DNA of 64,000 nt from a virus (IMGVR_UViG_3300021197_001602:1-64000); one strand, 5' to 3'. Shown: positions 18,951 to 28,547, counted from the first letter of the stretch. Program-made: numbers and translations. The notes: generated from the sequence alone by a model not told the origin.

Positions 18951-21362
18951 ATGGCAGAAGAACCAAACAAAGATATCATCACAGATGAGAATAAGGCTGT
19001 CCAAGCAAGGCGACTGCAAGAGCAGTGCTTTCTAGTTTATAACTTTGAAGCATTTGCAGATTCTAACATTGAAAATACATTTAGCAACTTTGTGCCTCTT
19101 CATGGAAACCCCATGCAGATTGTTCAAAAGCTTTTAGCGATTCCAGACCTTAATGCACTTATGACAATCAAGCCTTACTTGATGTCTACACTTGTGCCTC
19201 AAATCCGATTGTATAAGGTGCACTATCCTTCTAGAGACTCTCAGGGTGTTGCCATTGAAATTCCCTTTGATGATTACTTGAACCCATCTTCTATTGAAGA
19301 CATGACCAAATCTGGCTACAGCAAAGGATTGGGCGCTGGAGTTAAGTCGTTTGAGTGGGAACTGCTGGGAACAAACCCCGCAGAATCTGACAACAATATT
19401 AAAGCAAAGCTTAAATTGCACTTCAATTCTATGCAGGACATGCTTGCCCCTCGTGGTGAACATGAGGGTCAAAAGATATCTTTTCTCAACCTCGTTGAGC
19501 CTTCTGCAAAGTTTAGCAATGATAGTGGCGACGCTGGCAAGAAGAGTTCAGAGGGCTCTAGAAGTTATAATGAAAAATACTTTAGAATTCGTGTTTCCGT
19601 CGGCTACGGTGACCCGACTGGTTCACTGTGGGATGATGAGCCCAATTCCGCAGGCTTAAAAGAGGTCGTAAAGAATGCAAGACAATTCTTTAATTTAAAC
19701 ATGGTGTCCCACTCTTTGGATTTCAAGGAGCACGGTGCGGTCGACCTGGAGATAGAGTATATTGCAGACTCAGAAGGTGCTCTTAGTAGCAAATATGCAG
19801 ATGTCCTCTTGATTGGCAGAACCGAAGCCATGGATAAGGCAGAAGCTGAAAGAGCGGCAGCAAGAGAAACCTCCGCTGCTTCTGTCAGCGCAGAGAACGA
19901 TTCCAATTGCGGCAAAGATGAAGATGATAGGTCTAAAGAGGCAAAAGAGGGCGAAAAAGAACTTTTAGAAAATCAGGCTGAAGCTGAAGCTGAAGATAGA
20001 GCAGTCTTGTATAACGCTCTCCTGTCAGGTTTAGAAAATTCGGGTAAAATTTGGAAAGTCAGGGTCACCGCAGAAGACCTTGGCATGTTAGACGGTCAGC
20101 AAGCAACAGGTGACACCGCAGCAGCCCGCCGAACCGCAAAGGATAAGGCTTGGGTAACAAGCAACCGTGAGAAAGCCGAAGGCGGCTCATTATCAGATTT
20201 ACGCAATGCGACTGAGGAGGCTATTGATGACCCCAACGAAGCGGCAGGCTCTTTCAAGCAAGACGGGGACGCAACGCCAGGACCAGACGAGCTAGATATC
20301 CACTATTTCCATTATGGAGATTTGTTGAATGTGGCACTCCGCTGTTTGTATGAAACGGGAACTCCAGAGCTAGAGAGATTAAAAGTCATTGCTGGTCCGT
20401 ATGTTTATTATGACCCCCAGACGAACACACTAAAAGATAATTATAATATGGCAGATATTCCAATTTCTTTGAACCTGTTTCAAATTTGGTTTATGGATAA
20501 GGTCGTCAAGCCTCAAATTAAAAAGTATTCTTTGAAGAAGTTTATTAAAGATTCTGTAACAAGCCTTGTAGGGGCAGCCATGAACCCCGAGTGTTTTGGT
20601 AAAGAGTACGGCAAAGCACCAGCGAACTTGAGCATACAAATGTTGCAAGTACCAGCGACCGACAAAGGGCAGTGCCGAGTTAGCGGGAAAAACACTCAAG
20701 GTAAGATTGGCGGCAAGCGAGTTAAAGACCTTGAGGGAATCTTGCCCTATCCAAGCGCCGTAAAGGCAGAAAAAGCTGAGTCGTTTCCTTACCTCTTTAT
20801 TTATGTTTCATCACATGGTGCAAAAGGCTTCGGTCCACCGTCTGAAGGAGAGGGCTCAAGAGAGAAGAGGGATGCTAAACTTGGAACATACCATTTTAGA
20901 ATCGGCGCAGATGGCGGACTTGTCAAGAAGATTAATTTTAAGAAGTCTGACCAGCCCTTTGCACGAGAAGCGAGAATGGAGCTTGAGGGCGAACTCGGTG
21001 GCGGCTTCCTTAGAGAAAAATATAACGCCGATGTGGAAATGTTTGGAAACGCCATTTTCAGACCAGGAATGCATGTTTATATCGACCCCGCAACAGTCGG
21101 AGCAGGAGACCCTTCGCAGATAAAGAGCATTGCAGCAATGCTTGGGCTGGGTGGCTATTTCTTAACTACAAATGTTAAATGCGCCATCGAGTCGGGCAAG
21201 TTCCAGACAGACCTTAAGTGTATTTGGACATCAAGCGGCTCAGGAAAGGCTCCCACGGATAAGAGTAACGAGGGTAGTGACTGCGATGACGGCTCTACTG
21301 GGCAGCCAGTTGATGGATTGCCTGCTGGCACCGAGATGCCAAAAGTCGGAGATGCAACATAA
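18951..21362 (+). CDS. Probable baseplate hub protein
   Basis: C-terminal Y.A.VEMFGN..F.PG..VYI...GLGGYF..T.V...I..G.F.T pattern typical of hub proteins; synteny. Confidence 0.55.
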   Translation: MAEEPNKDIITDENKAVQARRLQEQCFLVYNFEAFADSNIENTFSNFVPLHGNPMQIVQKLLAIPDLNALMTIKPYLMSTLVPQIRLYKVHYPSRDSQGVAIEIPFDDYLNPSSIEDMTKSGYSKGLGAGVKSFEWELLGTNPAESDNNIKAKLKLHFNSMQDMLAPRGEHEGQKISFLNLVEPSAKFSNDSGDAGKKSSEGSRSYNEKYFRIRVSVGYGDPTGSLWDDEPNSAGLKEVVKNARQFFNLNMVSHSLDFKEHGAVDLEIEYIADSEGALSSKYADVLLIGRTEAMDKAEAERAAARETSAASVSAENDSNCGKDEDDRSKEAKEGEKELLENQAEAEAEDRAVLYNALLSGLENSGKIWKVRVTAEDLGMLDGQQATGDTAAARRTAKDKAWVTSNREKAEGGSLSDLRNATEEAIDDPNEAAGSFKQDGDATPGPDELDIHYFHYGDLLNVALRCLYETGTPELERLKVIAGPYVYYDPQTNTLKDNYNMADIPISLNLFQIWFMDKVVKPQIKKYSLKKFIKDSVTSLVGAAMNPECFGKEYGKAPANLSIQMLQVPATDKGQCRVSGKNTQGKIGGKRVKDLEGILPYPSAVKAEKAESFPYLFIYVSSHGAKGFGPPSEGEGSREKRDAKLGTYHFRIGADGGLVKKINFKKSDQPFAREARMELEGELGGGFLREKYNADVEMFGNAIFRPGMHVYIDPATVGAGDPSQIKSIAAMLGLGGYFLTTNVKCAIESGKFQTDLKCIWTSSGSGKAPTDKSNEGSDCDDGSTGQPVDGLPAGTEMPKVGDAT

Positions 21363-22648
21363 TGAAAAGATTTCAAATTAAAAAAGATGCAGCAGTAGAC
21401 GAGAATCTAATCCCGAAAGGTGAGAACAGCTTGACATCTCTAGCTGCATTCCATCAGAGAGGGCTTTACGCTGAGACTGCATATCCAGAGCTATTGCCCG
21501 AACCTCTTGACACATACTCAGATTATAATATCTTGTATGGGAGAGTCAATGAATCGGGCTCACCAATCATTCTTGCAGAGGATAACTTAAAACAAATTCT
21601 TTCACCAAGTGGCGAAACTAAGTTTGTTCTTGATTTTGTTGCTGATGCTTGGAATGAATTAGTGGCTCATCACCAGAAGGCGATAAGGTTAAAAGCTATA
21701 AGAGTCGAGAATACAGTGTTTAAGAAGATGGAGCCAAAGCAGGCATGGGAAAGCGTCCATACGAGATACAACGAGCATATGCAGAACTTGTATGGAGTTT
21801 TCGTTGGGGACCACCTCTCCTCCCCAATGAACCAAGAGATTGTTGATTTTGACTCATTCCTCCGACATTTCATGGGCTATTGCGGTAAGGTCGCAAGGAA
21901 TATGCCAGTGACGAGAACTGCATTTATCACATCGAGATACGCATCTCCACTTTCTTCTGGTTTGATGGTCGAGCTAATCAAGGGCAAACACGATGATGAT
22001 TATGGAAAGTACATTGGCTTTATCCGTGATATTAATTTTGACTTCTTCACAACAGCTTGCAGAAAGTTTGGTTTTTTAGTTGACAAAAATGCTCCATGGC
22101 GTATAATAGCAGATGTGAATTCAAGTTACATGCGAAAGAAAATGAACGAGAGGCAAGCAGGCGTGAGCACCACCAAGGATGTATTTAATTTTTATTATCT
22201 AGACAGCATGAGTTACGAGATTGCAAACATTAAGGGCTTCCTGTTTCAAATGTACGAATTATTTATTTCTCAACAGCCTGATGTTACAAAGCTCAATACC
22301 ACCTTCAAGGGCAAGGATTCAAAAACATCAATTTGTTATACCGAGAGGCGAAGAATCACACTCGCTGAATATGAAGAAAAGTACTCCGATGCCTTCTGGA
22401 TGCGGGCAATCATATATTTAAGAGCCGTGGAAACAAAGTCGCCACAGACACAGAGGGAGTTCGAGAAGGCTGTACAACGAGCTTGCGAGCATTTGCATTG
22501 GCAAGGAGCCGCATCAGCACTGAATTATGTTAAGAGGGAATATGGTCACAACCTCGAAGAGGTTTATAAAAAAAGTTTGAACTTTCACTTGACAAACGAG
22601 AAAGTCTATGATAGATTAATACATAAGAAACCGAACTTCCAATTTTAG
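21362..22648 (+). CDS. Hypothetical protein
   Basis: 428-aa ORF translationally coupled to the upstream gene. Confidence 0.7.
   Translation: MKRFQIKKDAAVDENLIPKGENSLTSLAAFHQRGLYAETAYPELLPEPLDTYSDYNILYGRVNESGSPIILAEDNLKQILSPSGETKFVLDFVADAWNELVAHHQKAIRLKAIRVENTVFKKMEPKQAWESVHTRYNEHMQNLYGVFVGDHLSSPMNQEIVDFDSFLRHFMGYCGKVARNMPVTRTAFITSRYASPLSSGLMVELIKGKHDDDYGKYIGFIRDINFDFFTTACRKFGFLVDKNAPWRIIADVNSSYMRKKMNERQAGVSTTKDVFNFYYLDSMSYEIANIKGFLFQMYELFISQQPDVTKLNTTFKGKDSKTSICYTERRRITLAEYEEKYSDAFWMRAIIYLRAVETKSPQTQREFEKAVQRACEHLHWQGAASALNYVKREYGHNLEEVYKKSLNFHLTNEKVYDRLIHKKPNFQF
22589..22617 (+). promoter_or_regulatory. Sigma70-like promoter TTGACA-N17-TAGATT
   Basis: Just upstream of the replication module. 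Confidence 0.55.
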
Positions 22649-22655
22649 GTGATGA

Positions 22656-23849
22656 ATGCTATTTCAAGCCCTTGACAACAAAAAAGATTGCTATGGTGTA
22701 TATTGCGATGGCGTAATCCACCTCGATGAGGCATTCCAGTCAGACCAACTAACAAAAACATGGTCGTATTCTCCTTTTTTGGCTGATTTGGACGGTGTAG
22801 AGTATGCTCAACTATACTGCTTGGGGCAATCCCTTACGCAGGTCTGCCCAGCAGAGCTTGAGGAAGAATGGTCATCGATATCATCCAGGCTCAAGGCGTT
22901 CTTGAAGTCTTTTTCTCATGCTAAAATATCTTTAGACGAACACTGCTTCTTTGACCTTGTTCCTGAGCGGTTTCTGGTTGAGTTCTGTGAAATTAAAAAT
23001 GAGATTACAGAACATGTAATAAAAACTCATAAAAAACCAGAAAATTATGAATTTATGAAGGAGGTTGTTCGTCTAACCTCGGACATCTCAAGTCAAGCGG
23101 TTAATATTGACAAGAAACCACTAAAATCTTGCCTTGGGAGCGCAAAGGGTCGCTCTTTGTGGAAGAACTTTGATGGAATCAGCAGGAGAATCGTGTATAA
23201 TCCTTATGGCACAAAGACTGGAAGATTGACAACCATCAAGACAAGCTTTCCAATCTTGACTCTTGCGAAAGAGCACCGAGCTATTCTCACGCCCAGAAAC
23301 GACTGGTTTGTCGAGTTAGACTTTAACGCAGCAGAGTTGCGCACCCTCCTTTCACTTGCAGGTGAGGACCAGCCAACGGACGATGTTCATATCTGGAATG
23401 TGGAGAATGTATATAATGGAAAATACGACAGAGCTAAGGCAAAACAAAAGATATTCGCATGGCTGTATAATCCGAAGTCGAAAGACAAGCGGGCAAGCAA
23501 AGCCTACAAGAGAGACGAGGTTTTGGAGAAGTATTGGGACGGCACTTTCATAAAGACTCCCTTTGGCAGGACAATTGAGGCAGACCAGAAACATGCACTA
23601 AATTATATTATTCAGAGCACCACTAGTGATGTCTTTCTCGATAGAGCGATTGCCCTGCACAAGCTGCTAAGCACGAAGAAGAGCACAATTGCAATGCTCA
23701 TACACGATTCTGTTATTGTTGACCTTGCCAACGAAGACTTGGACATGGTAAAAGAAATGGTTAATATATTTTCAGATACAAAGCTTGGCTCCTACCGTGT
23801 AGGTGTTAAGGCTGGGAAAAACTTTGGTGATTTAAGGAAGCTATTATGA
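22656..23849 (+). CDS. Compact family-A DNA polymerase-like protein
   Basis: TKTGRL, motif A (ELDFNAAELR), motif B (RAKAKQKIFAWLY), ALNYIIQST.SD, motif C (IHDSV). Confidence 0.8.
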   Translation: MLFQALDNKKDCYGVYCDGVIHLDEAFQSDQLTKTWSYSPFLADLDGVEYAQLYCLGQSLTQVCPAELEEEWSSISSRLKAFLKSFSHAKISLDEHCFFDLVPERFLVEFCEIKNEITEHVIKTHKKPENYEFMKEVVRLTSDISSQAVNIDKKPLKSCLGSAKGRSLWKNFDGISRRIVYNPYGTKTGRLTTIKTSFPILTLAKEHRAILTPRNDWFVELDFNAAELRTLLSLAGEDQPTDDVHIWNVENVYNGKYDRAKAKQKIFAWLYNPKSKDKRASKAYKRDEVLEKYWDGTFIKTPFGRTIEADQKHALNYIIQSTTSDVFLDRAIALHKLLSTKKSTIAMLIHDSVIVDLANEDLDMVKEMVNIFSDTKLGSYRVGVKAGKNFGDLRKLL

Positions 23850-24715
23850 ATATTGTTGGATTCGGTGGGGCAGGCTGTGCTTTTGTTAGCCAGTTGGAGA
23901 AGCATAACCAATATAATATATACAAGATTGACAAGGGCTTGCCGAGGAAGGGGAACACTTACCCCATCAGCGCACAATCCTCTCACGAAGAGTACGAAAA
24001 GAACCCTCCGAAGCTAAGCCAGTTCATCTCAAGAATGGCTAAGTCTAAGAGCTTGGTATTTGTTTTCGCTGGAGGCGGCGCAACTTCAGGAGCATCTCTT
24101 CAGGTGCTTGAGCAGTTCCACAAGAAATATCCAAAAACAATAGATATTCTCTATATCAAGCCAGATGTCAGTTCGCTCTCCAAGGTTGCTAAAATGCAGG
24201 ACAAGATTTGTTATCGTGTCTTGCAGGAGTATGCAAGGTCTGGTGTGTTCCGAAGTATTATGCTGGTGAGCAACCCCCATGTCGAGACAGCTTTGGGCAA
24301 CTTGCCTGTAAAAAATTATTATGAAAATATGAACAGCTACCTTGCTTATATTTTTCACATGACAAATGTGTTTAAAAATACAGAGTCCGTAATCTCTTCA
24401 TCCACAGTTGACAAGGAACCTCACATTAGGATTTGTACACTCGGCATCGTGGACATAGAAAAAAAAGAAGAAAAGTTGCTTTTTCCTCTTGACAAACCGC
24501 AAATAAAAGACTATTATTATGGCATAACTTCGGAAAGGATTGAGAATGACAACACGCTGCTTACTTCAATCAGAGAGCACATTTCAGAAGCTTCTGGAGA
24601 AGAGGTCGCCTCCTCATACTCAGTTCATCAAACCTCTTATGAGGCTGATTTCGGATATGTCGTTGCATGGTCTTCAAATGTGCAAGCATTTCCAGACACT
24701 TACAAGTCCCTTTAA
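23846..24715 (+). CDS. Tubulin/FtsZ-family GTPase (PhuZ/TubZ-like)
   Basis: N-terminal IVGFGGAGC loop; degenerate signature FAGGGATSG; ~290 aa. Confidence 0.7.
   Translation: MNIVGFGGAGCAFVSQLEKHNQYNIYKIDKGLPRKGNTYPISAQSSHEEYEKNPPKLSQFISRMAKSKSLVFVFAGGGATSGASLQVLEQFHKKYPKTIDILYIKPDVSSLSKVAKMQDKICYRVLQEYARSGVFRSIMLVSNPHVETALGNLPVKNYYENMNSYLAYIFHMTNVFKNTESVISSSTVDKEPHIRICTLGIVDIEKKEEKLLFPLDKPQIKDYYYGITSERIENDNTLLTSIREHISEASGEEVASSYSVHQTSYEADFGYVVAWSSNVQAFPDTYKSL
24489..24517 (+). promoter_or_regulatory. Sigma70-like promoter TTGACA-N17-TATTAT (inside the tubulin CDS)
   Basis: Near-consensus match. Confidence 0.4.
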
Positions 24716-24733
24716 AAAAAGATAAAAAAGTTG

Positions 24734-24762
24734 TTGACACGACCAAAGAGTTGTGTTATATT
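24734..24762 (+). promoter_or_regulatory. Sigma70-like promoter TTGACA-N17-TATATT
   Basis: Intergenic, with an A-rich UP-like element. Confidence 0.7.
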
Positions 24763-24789
24763 GTATTCACAATCAGAAAAGGAGAAACA

Positions 24790-25095
24790 ATGATTGGATA
24801 TAGTGGTACCTTCGTGAAGAACAATGGTGAAGAGCGAGCGATGAAGTTCGTGAAATTGGCAGACCTGCCTCAAGGCTTCCTTGACAATAAAGTCAAGGGG
24901 GATGATGCAACTGCTCGCCAGAGGAATCTAAGCGAAGGCTTTGAGTTAGTGTGGGATGTTGATGCTGATGCATTCCGAGTCTATAATTGGAACACTGCGA
25001 TTGGTGAGACATCCACCATCTCGGGTTCATACGAGCAGGAGGGAGAAAATCATACTTTTTACTTTACAGATGATGTAAACGGTGTTAAACTATAA
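24790..25095 (+). CDS. Small Sm/SH3-like beta-barrel (WYL_2-type) phage protein
   Basis: F.K.NGEER.M ... LVWDVDADAFR.YNW; GGAG RBS before ATG 24790. Confidence 0.55.
   Translation: MIGYSGTFVKNNGEERAMKFVKLADLPQGFLDNKVKGDDATARQRNLSEGFELVWDVDADAFRVYNWNTAIGETSTISGSYEQEGENHTFYFTDDVNGVKL
25063..25091 (+). promoter_or_regulatory. Sigma70-like promoter TTTACA-N17-TAAACT for ssb
   Basis: 17-bp spacer, upstream of a structured leader. Confidence 0.5.
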
Positions 25096-25180
25096 CAACA
25101 AACAATAGATGTTTGGAAGATTTGCCAAACATACTAAAGGGTAATTTACCCGCCATTTAAACTATAAAAGGAGAATCATA

Positions 25181-25951
25181 ATGGCTATTAATCTAGATAA
25201 GATGCGAAACAAACTGACCTCGGTGCAGAGCCGAGGACAAGGACGAACTTCACAGTTCTGGCGACCAGCGGACGGCGACCAGAACATCCGTATCGTTCCG
25301 ACAGCAGACGGCGACCCCTTCAAGGAGTTCTGGTTCCATTACAATGTGGGCAAGAACGCTGGGTTCCTGTCCCCAAAGAAGAACTTTGGTGAGGATGACC
25401 CGTTGGACGCATTTGTTCGACAACTCTTCAACGAAGGCACCGAGGACAGCATTAAGATGGCAAAGAATCTTATGGCTCGTCAGCGCTTCTTCTCTCCAAT
25501 CATTGTGCGTGGAGAGGAAGAGAAGGGTGTTCGACTATGGGGCTATGGCAAGCAGGTTTACACGCAGCTTCTTGAGCTTGTGTTGAACCCTGAGTACGGC
25601 GATATCACCGACCCAGAAGCTGGGACCGACTTGGTTCTGAACTATGGCAAGCCAGCAGGGATGTCTTTCCCGCAGACAAAGATTATGCCGTCTCGACGGA
25701 CTTCAGAAATCTGCAAGGACATCACCTCAGAGGAGTGCGCAACTTTACTGGACTCAGTTCCAGATTTTACAAGCGTGTTCGACCGAAAGACTCCAGAGGA
25801 TGTCCAGCGTATGCTTGACGAATACCTCTCGGATGATGAATCTGCGGAAGAACTCTCTTCCGAGACCACCCGCTACGGCAGTGATACTACCACTACCTCC
25901 CAAACCAATGCTAGTAGCGTGGAAAGTGCCTTCCAAGACCTAATCGGGTAA
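25181..25951 (+). CDS. Single-stranded DNA-binding protein (T4 gp32-like)
   Basis: FWRP..G...IRIVP, PF.E..FHY, LWGYGK, DITDP..G.D and an acidic tail; upstream of recA. Confidence 0.8.
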   Translation: MAINLDKMRNKLTSVQSRGQGRTSQFWRPADGDQNIRIVPTADGDPFKEFWFHYNVGKNAGFLSPKKNFGEDDPLDAFVRQLFNEGTEDSIKMAKNLMARQRFFSPIIVRGEEEKGVRLWGYGKQVYTQLLELVLNPEYGDITDPEAGTDLVLNYGKPAGMSFPQTKIMPSRRTSEICKDITSEECATLLDSVPDFTSVFDRKTPEDVQRMLDEYLSDDESAEELSSETTRYGSDTTTTSQTNASSVESAFQDLIG

Positions 25952-25969
25952 TAAGCGCACTATAAAAAT

Positions 25970-26003
25970 ACCCACAGGGGGGCACAGGGTTATCAGGTGT
26001 CCC
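25970..26003 (+). repeat. Structured intergenic element, copy 1
   Basis: ACCCACAGG-GGGGCAC-AGGGTTATCAG-GTGTCCC. Confidence 0.85.
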
Positions 26004-26037
26004 AATTTTTATTATACCAAAAAGGAATTGAATTATT

Positions 26038-26490
26038 ATGAGTAGTCAGGTAAAGAGTGGAAATACGGTTAGTGTGCACTATGTTGGTACATTGAACGAT
26101 GGAACTGAGTTTGATAGCTCCCGAGCACGAGGCGAAGCAATGTCCTTCACGGTGGGCTCGGGACAGTTGATTGCTGGGTTTGACCAAGCGGTCCACGGTA
26201 TGGCGATTGGCGAGACGAAGAATATTACCTTGTCTCCAGAGGAAGCGTATGGTCCGTTGCAGGAAGGGTTGACTCAGACTGTACCACAGAATGCATTCCC
26301 AGAGGGATTCAGCTTTACGGTTGGAAATCAGGTAATGGGTCAAGGCGAAGGTGGAGCACCCGTTGTTGCAACCATTAAGGAGGTTCAGGGAAATGAAATT
26401 ATTCTTGATATGAACCACCCAATGGCGGGCAAGACGCTGAACTTCGATATTGAACTTGTCAGCATCGAAGGTACTACCGAAGAGGGATAA
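26038..26490 (+). CDS. FKBP-type peptidyl-prolyl isomerase (SlyD/FkpB-like)
   Basis: VSVHYVGTL.DGTEFDSS, G.GQLIAGF, PEEAYG, DMNHPMAGKTLNF. Confidence 0.95.
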   Translation: MSSQVKSGNTVSVHYVGTLNDGTEFDSSRARGEAMSFTVGSGQLIAGFDQAVHGMAIGETKNITLSPEEAYGPLQEGLTQTVPQNAFPEGFSFTVGNQVMGQGEGGAPVVATIKEVQGNEIILDMNHPMAGKTLNFDIELVSIEGTTEEG

Positions 26491-26500
26491 GAAATTATCA

Positions 26501-26534
26501 AAACCGCAGGAAGGCACGGGTTTACAGGTGCCTT
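26501..26534 (+). repeat. Structured intergenic element, copy 2 (compensatory variant)
   Basis: AAACCGCAGG-AAGGCAC-GGGTTTACAG-GTGCCTT. Confidence 0.8.
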
Positions 26535-26575
26535 ACTTTTATAGATAAATACTTTTATACGAAAAGGAGGAAAAG

Positions 26576-26851
26576 ATGAAGAACATTATGTTTATTTTGC
26601 TGTGTGGCTTTGGTGCCGTGAGTTTCATGACTGCTTGTGAAGACAAGGGGTCTGATGATACCGCCGTCGAGGTAGATGCGGAAGTATCTGATAGTGGCGA
26701 AGCAGGCGAAGCTGGTGAAGGCGGAGAGGCTGGAGACAGTGGAGACAGTGGAGAGGCTGGAGAGGCTGGAGACAGCGGAGACTCAGCAGATTCAGGCGAA
26801 GGCGGGGCATCTGACACAGGTGACGCAGACGCAGAGTCGAGCGAAGATTAG
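26576..26851 (+). CDS. Small acidic low-complexity lipoprotein
   Basis: Signal peptide with lipobox-like MTAC; GEA/GDS tripeptide repeats; AGGAGG RBS. Confidence 0.7.
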   Translation: MKNIMFILLCGFGAVSFMTACEDKGSDDTAVEVDAEVSDSGEAGEAGEGGEAGDSGDSGEAGEAGDSGDSADSGEGGASDTGDADAESSED

Positions 26852-26861
26852 TATTATTACT

Positions 26862-26895
26862 ACCCACAGGGGGGCACAGGGTTATCGGGTGTCCC
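26862..26895 (+). repeat. Structured intergenic element, copy 3
   Basis: ACCCACAGG-GGGGCAC-AGGGTTATCGG-GTGTCCC (1 nt different from copy 1). Confidence 0.85.
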
Positions 26896-26929
26896 AATCT
26901 CATTATCGATATTTAAAACGGAGTAAGCT

Positions 26930-28054
26930 ATGGCAGCAAAGAAAGTAACAAAAGCAGGTAAGTTATCAATCGCTGATATGCGAAAGATGATTAATAAAAG
27001 GGCAGGCTCAGATGTTGCCTATGACCTAACTCAGGACAACCCAACTGAAGTCAAAGAGTGGATTCCAACGGGTGCTCGATGGCTGGATAGTATCGTTTGT
27101 CGTGGACAACTCGCAGGAATTCCAGTAGGAAAGTTTACTGAAATCGCAGGCTTGGAATCCACAGGCAAGTCTTATATGGCAGCCCAGATTGCTGCGAATG
27201 CTCAAAAGATGGGAATCGATGTGGTCTACTTTGACGCAGAGTCTGCCATTGACCCGACATTCCTTGAGAAGACTGGCTGCGACCTGGAGAGGCTGCTTTA
27301 TGTTCAGGCTGAGTCAGTGGAGTTTGTCCTAGAGACTATCGAGGATTTGCTGGCATCTTCAGAAAATAAATTATTGTTTATCTGGGACTCGCTTGCCTTA
27401 ACACCAAGCATGACAGACATTGCTGGGGACTTCAACCCTCTGTCTTCCATGGCGGTTAAGCCAAGAATCCTTTCCAAGGGAATGGCTAAGCTTGTCCAGC
27501 CGATTGCAAATGCGGGAGCTACATTGCTGGTCCTGAATCAGCTAAAGACAAACATCACCAGTAATGTGGCAGAGGCTATGACGACCCCTTACTTCACTCC
27601 AGGCGGCAAGGCTATGCACTATACCTATAGCCTGCGTGTGTGGCTGACAGGTCGAAAAGCAAAGGCTTCATTTATCATGGATGAGCACGGCTTCCGTATC
27701 GGTTCGGAAGTAAAGGTAAAGCTTGAGAAGAGTCGCTTCGGAACTCAGGGACGCCAATGTGCGTTTAAAATTCTCTGGGGAGATAATATCGGAGTGCAAG
27801 ATGAAGAAAGTTGGTTAGAGGCTGTTAAGGGCTCGGAGCACCTAACATCTGGGGGCGCATGGTATACATTAGCTTATAAAGATGGTTCTACTGAAAAGTT
27901 TCAATCTTCAAACTGGATTGATAAAATCAAGGAAGAGAAGTTTCGAGCTAGAATCTTGGAGTTAATGGACGAAGAGATTATTCTTCGTTTCGACAGTCGT
28001 GAGGGTAATGCCAGCGACTACTATGATGTCACCGACCTAGGGGGTGATAAATAA
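26930..28054 (+). CDS. recA: RecA/UvsX recombinase
   Basis: IPTG..LD, EIAGLESTGKS (Walker A), YFDAE.AID, NQL, TPGGKA. Confidence 0.9.
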   Translation: MAAKKVTKAGKLSIADMRKMINKRAGSDVAYDLTQDNPTEVKEWIPTGARWLDSIVCRGQLAGIPVGKFTEIAGLESTGKSYMAAQIAANAQKMGIDVVYFDAESAIDPTFLEKTGCDLERLLYVQAESVEFVLETIEDLLASSENKLLFIWDSLALTPSMTDIAGDFNPLSSMAVKPRILSKGMAKLVQPIANAGATLLVLNQLKTNITSNVAEAMTTPYFTPGGKAMHYTYSLRVWLTGRKAKASFIMDEHGFRIGSEVKVKLEKSRFGTQGRQCAFKILWGDNIGVQDEESWLEAVKGSEHLTSGGAWYTLAYKDGSTEKFQSSNWIDKIKEEKFRARILELMDEEIILRFDSREGNASDYYDVTDLGGDK

Positions 28055-28076
28055 GTATGTTGAGTGCTTTTTGTCC

Positions 28077-28105
28077 TTGACACCAGCCTCCGCTTATGTT
28101 ACATT
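28077..28105 (+). promoter_or_regulatory. Sigma70-like promoter TTGACA-N17-TACATT
   Basis: Intergenic consensus match. Confidence 0.55.
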
Positions 28106-28133
28106 GTTATCATCAAGCGGGGGCTTTTTCTTT

Positions 28134-28547
28134 ATGTGCAAAGAATATCGAAGTTTGAAGATGGCTGCAAAGGTTGCAGAACAATCAGATTATGGAAAGT
28201 ATAAACATGGTGCTGTTTTGGTAAAGGGAGGTTCAGTTATGAACTTTTCCTCAAACAGCAAGAATCACACCTCCTTCGGTCAGAGGTTTAGAACAGACCC
28301 AGGCATGGCAACGCATCATGCAGAGACATCTTGTGTCCTTGGTATGAACAGGGAAGCTACCGCTGGCTCCACGGTTTATGTGGCAAGAGTAAATAGAAAA
28401 GGTCAGTGGAGAATGAGCAAGCCCTGCTCAATGTGTCACGAAGTGATGAAATTTGTGGGCGTCAAAAGAGTAGTATACACAATCGCTCCAGGTGAATGGG
28501 GCACTTATAAAATCGAGGAAGAAGATGCAAAGACTGTTGGTTATTGA
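28134..28547 (+). CDS. Zn-dependent cytidine/dCMP deaminase-fold protein
   Basis: HGAVLV, HAE and PCSMC motifs. Confidence 0.85.
   Translation: MCKEYRSLKMAAKVAEQSDYGKYKHGAVLVKGGSVMNFSSNSKNHTSFGQRFRTDPGMATHHAETSCVLGMNREATAGSTVYVARVNRKGQWRMSKPCSMCHEVMKFVGVKRVVYTIAPGEWGTYKIEEEDAKTVGY

Noticed and set aside
6631-21362. Interpretation as a bacterial contractile injection system, tailocin or prophage
   Set aside because: Capsid, scaffold, neck and a full replication module are present; no integrase or host housekeeping context
26690-26805. 9-bp tandem repeats (GGAGAGGCT/GGAGACAGT)
   Set aside because: They simply encode the GEA/GDS low-complexity linker of the lipoprotein
25970-26895. Repeats considered as a CRISPR array
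   Set aside because: Only three copies, separated by whole genes rather than 30-40-nt spacers; no cas genes
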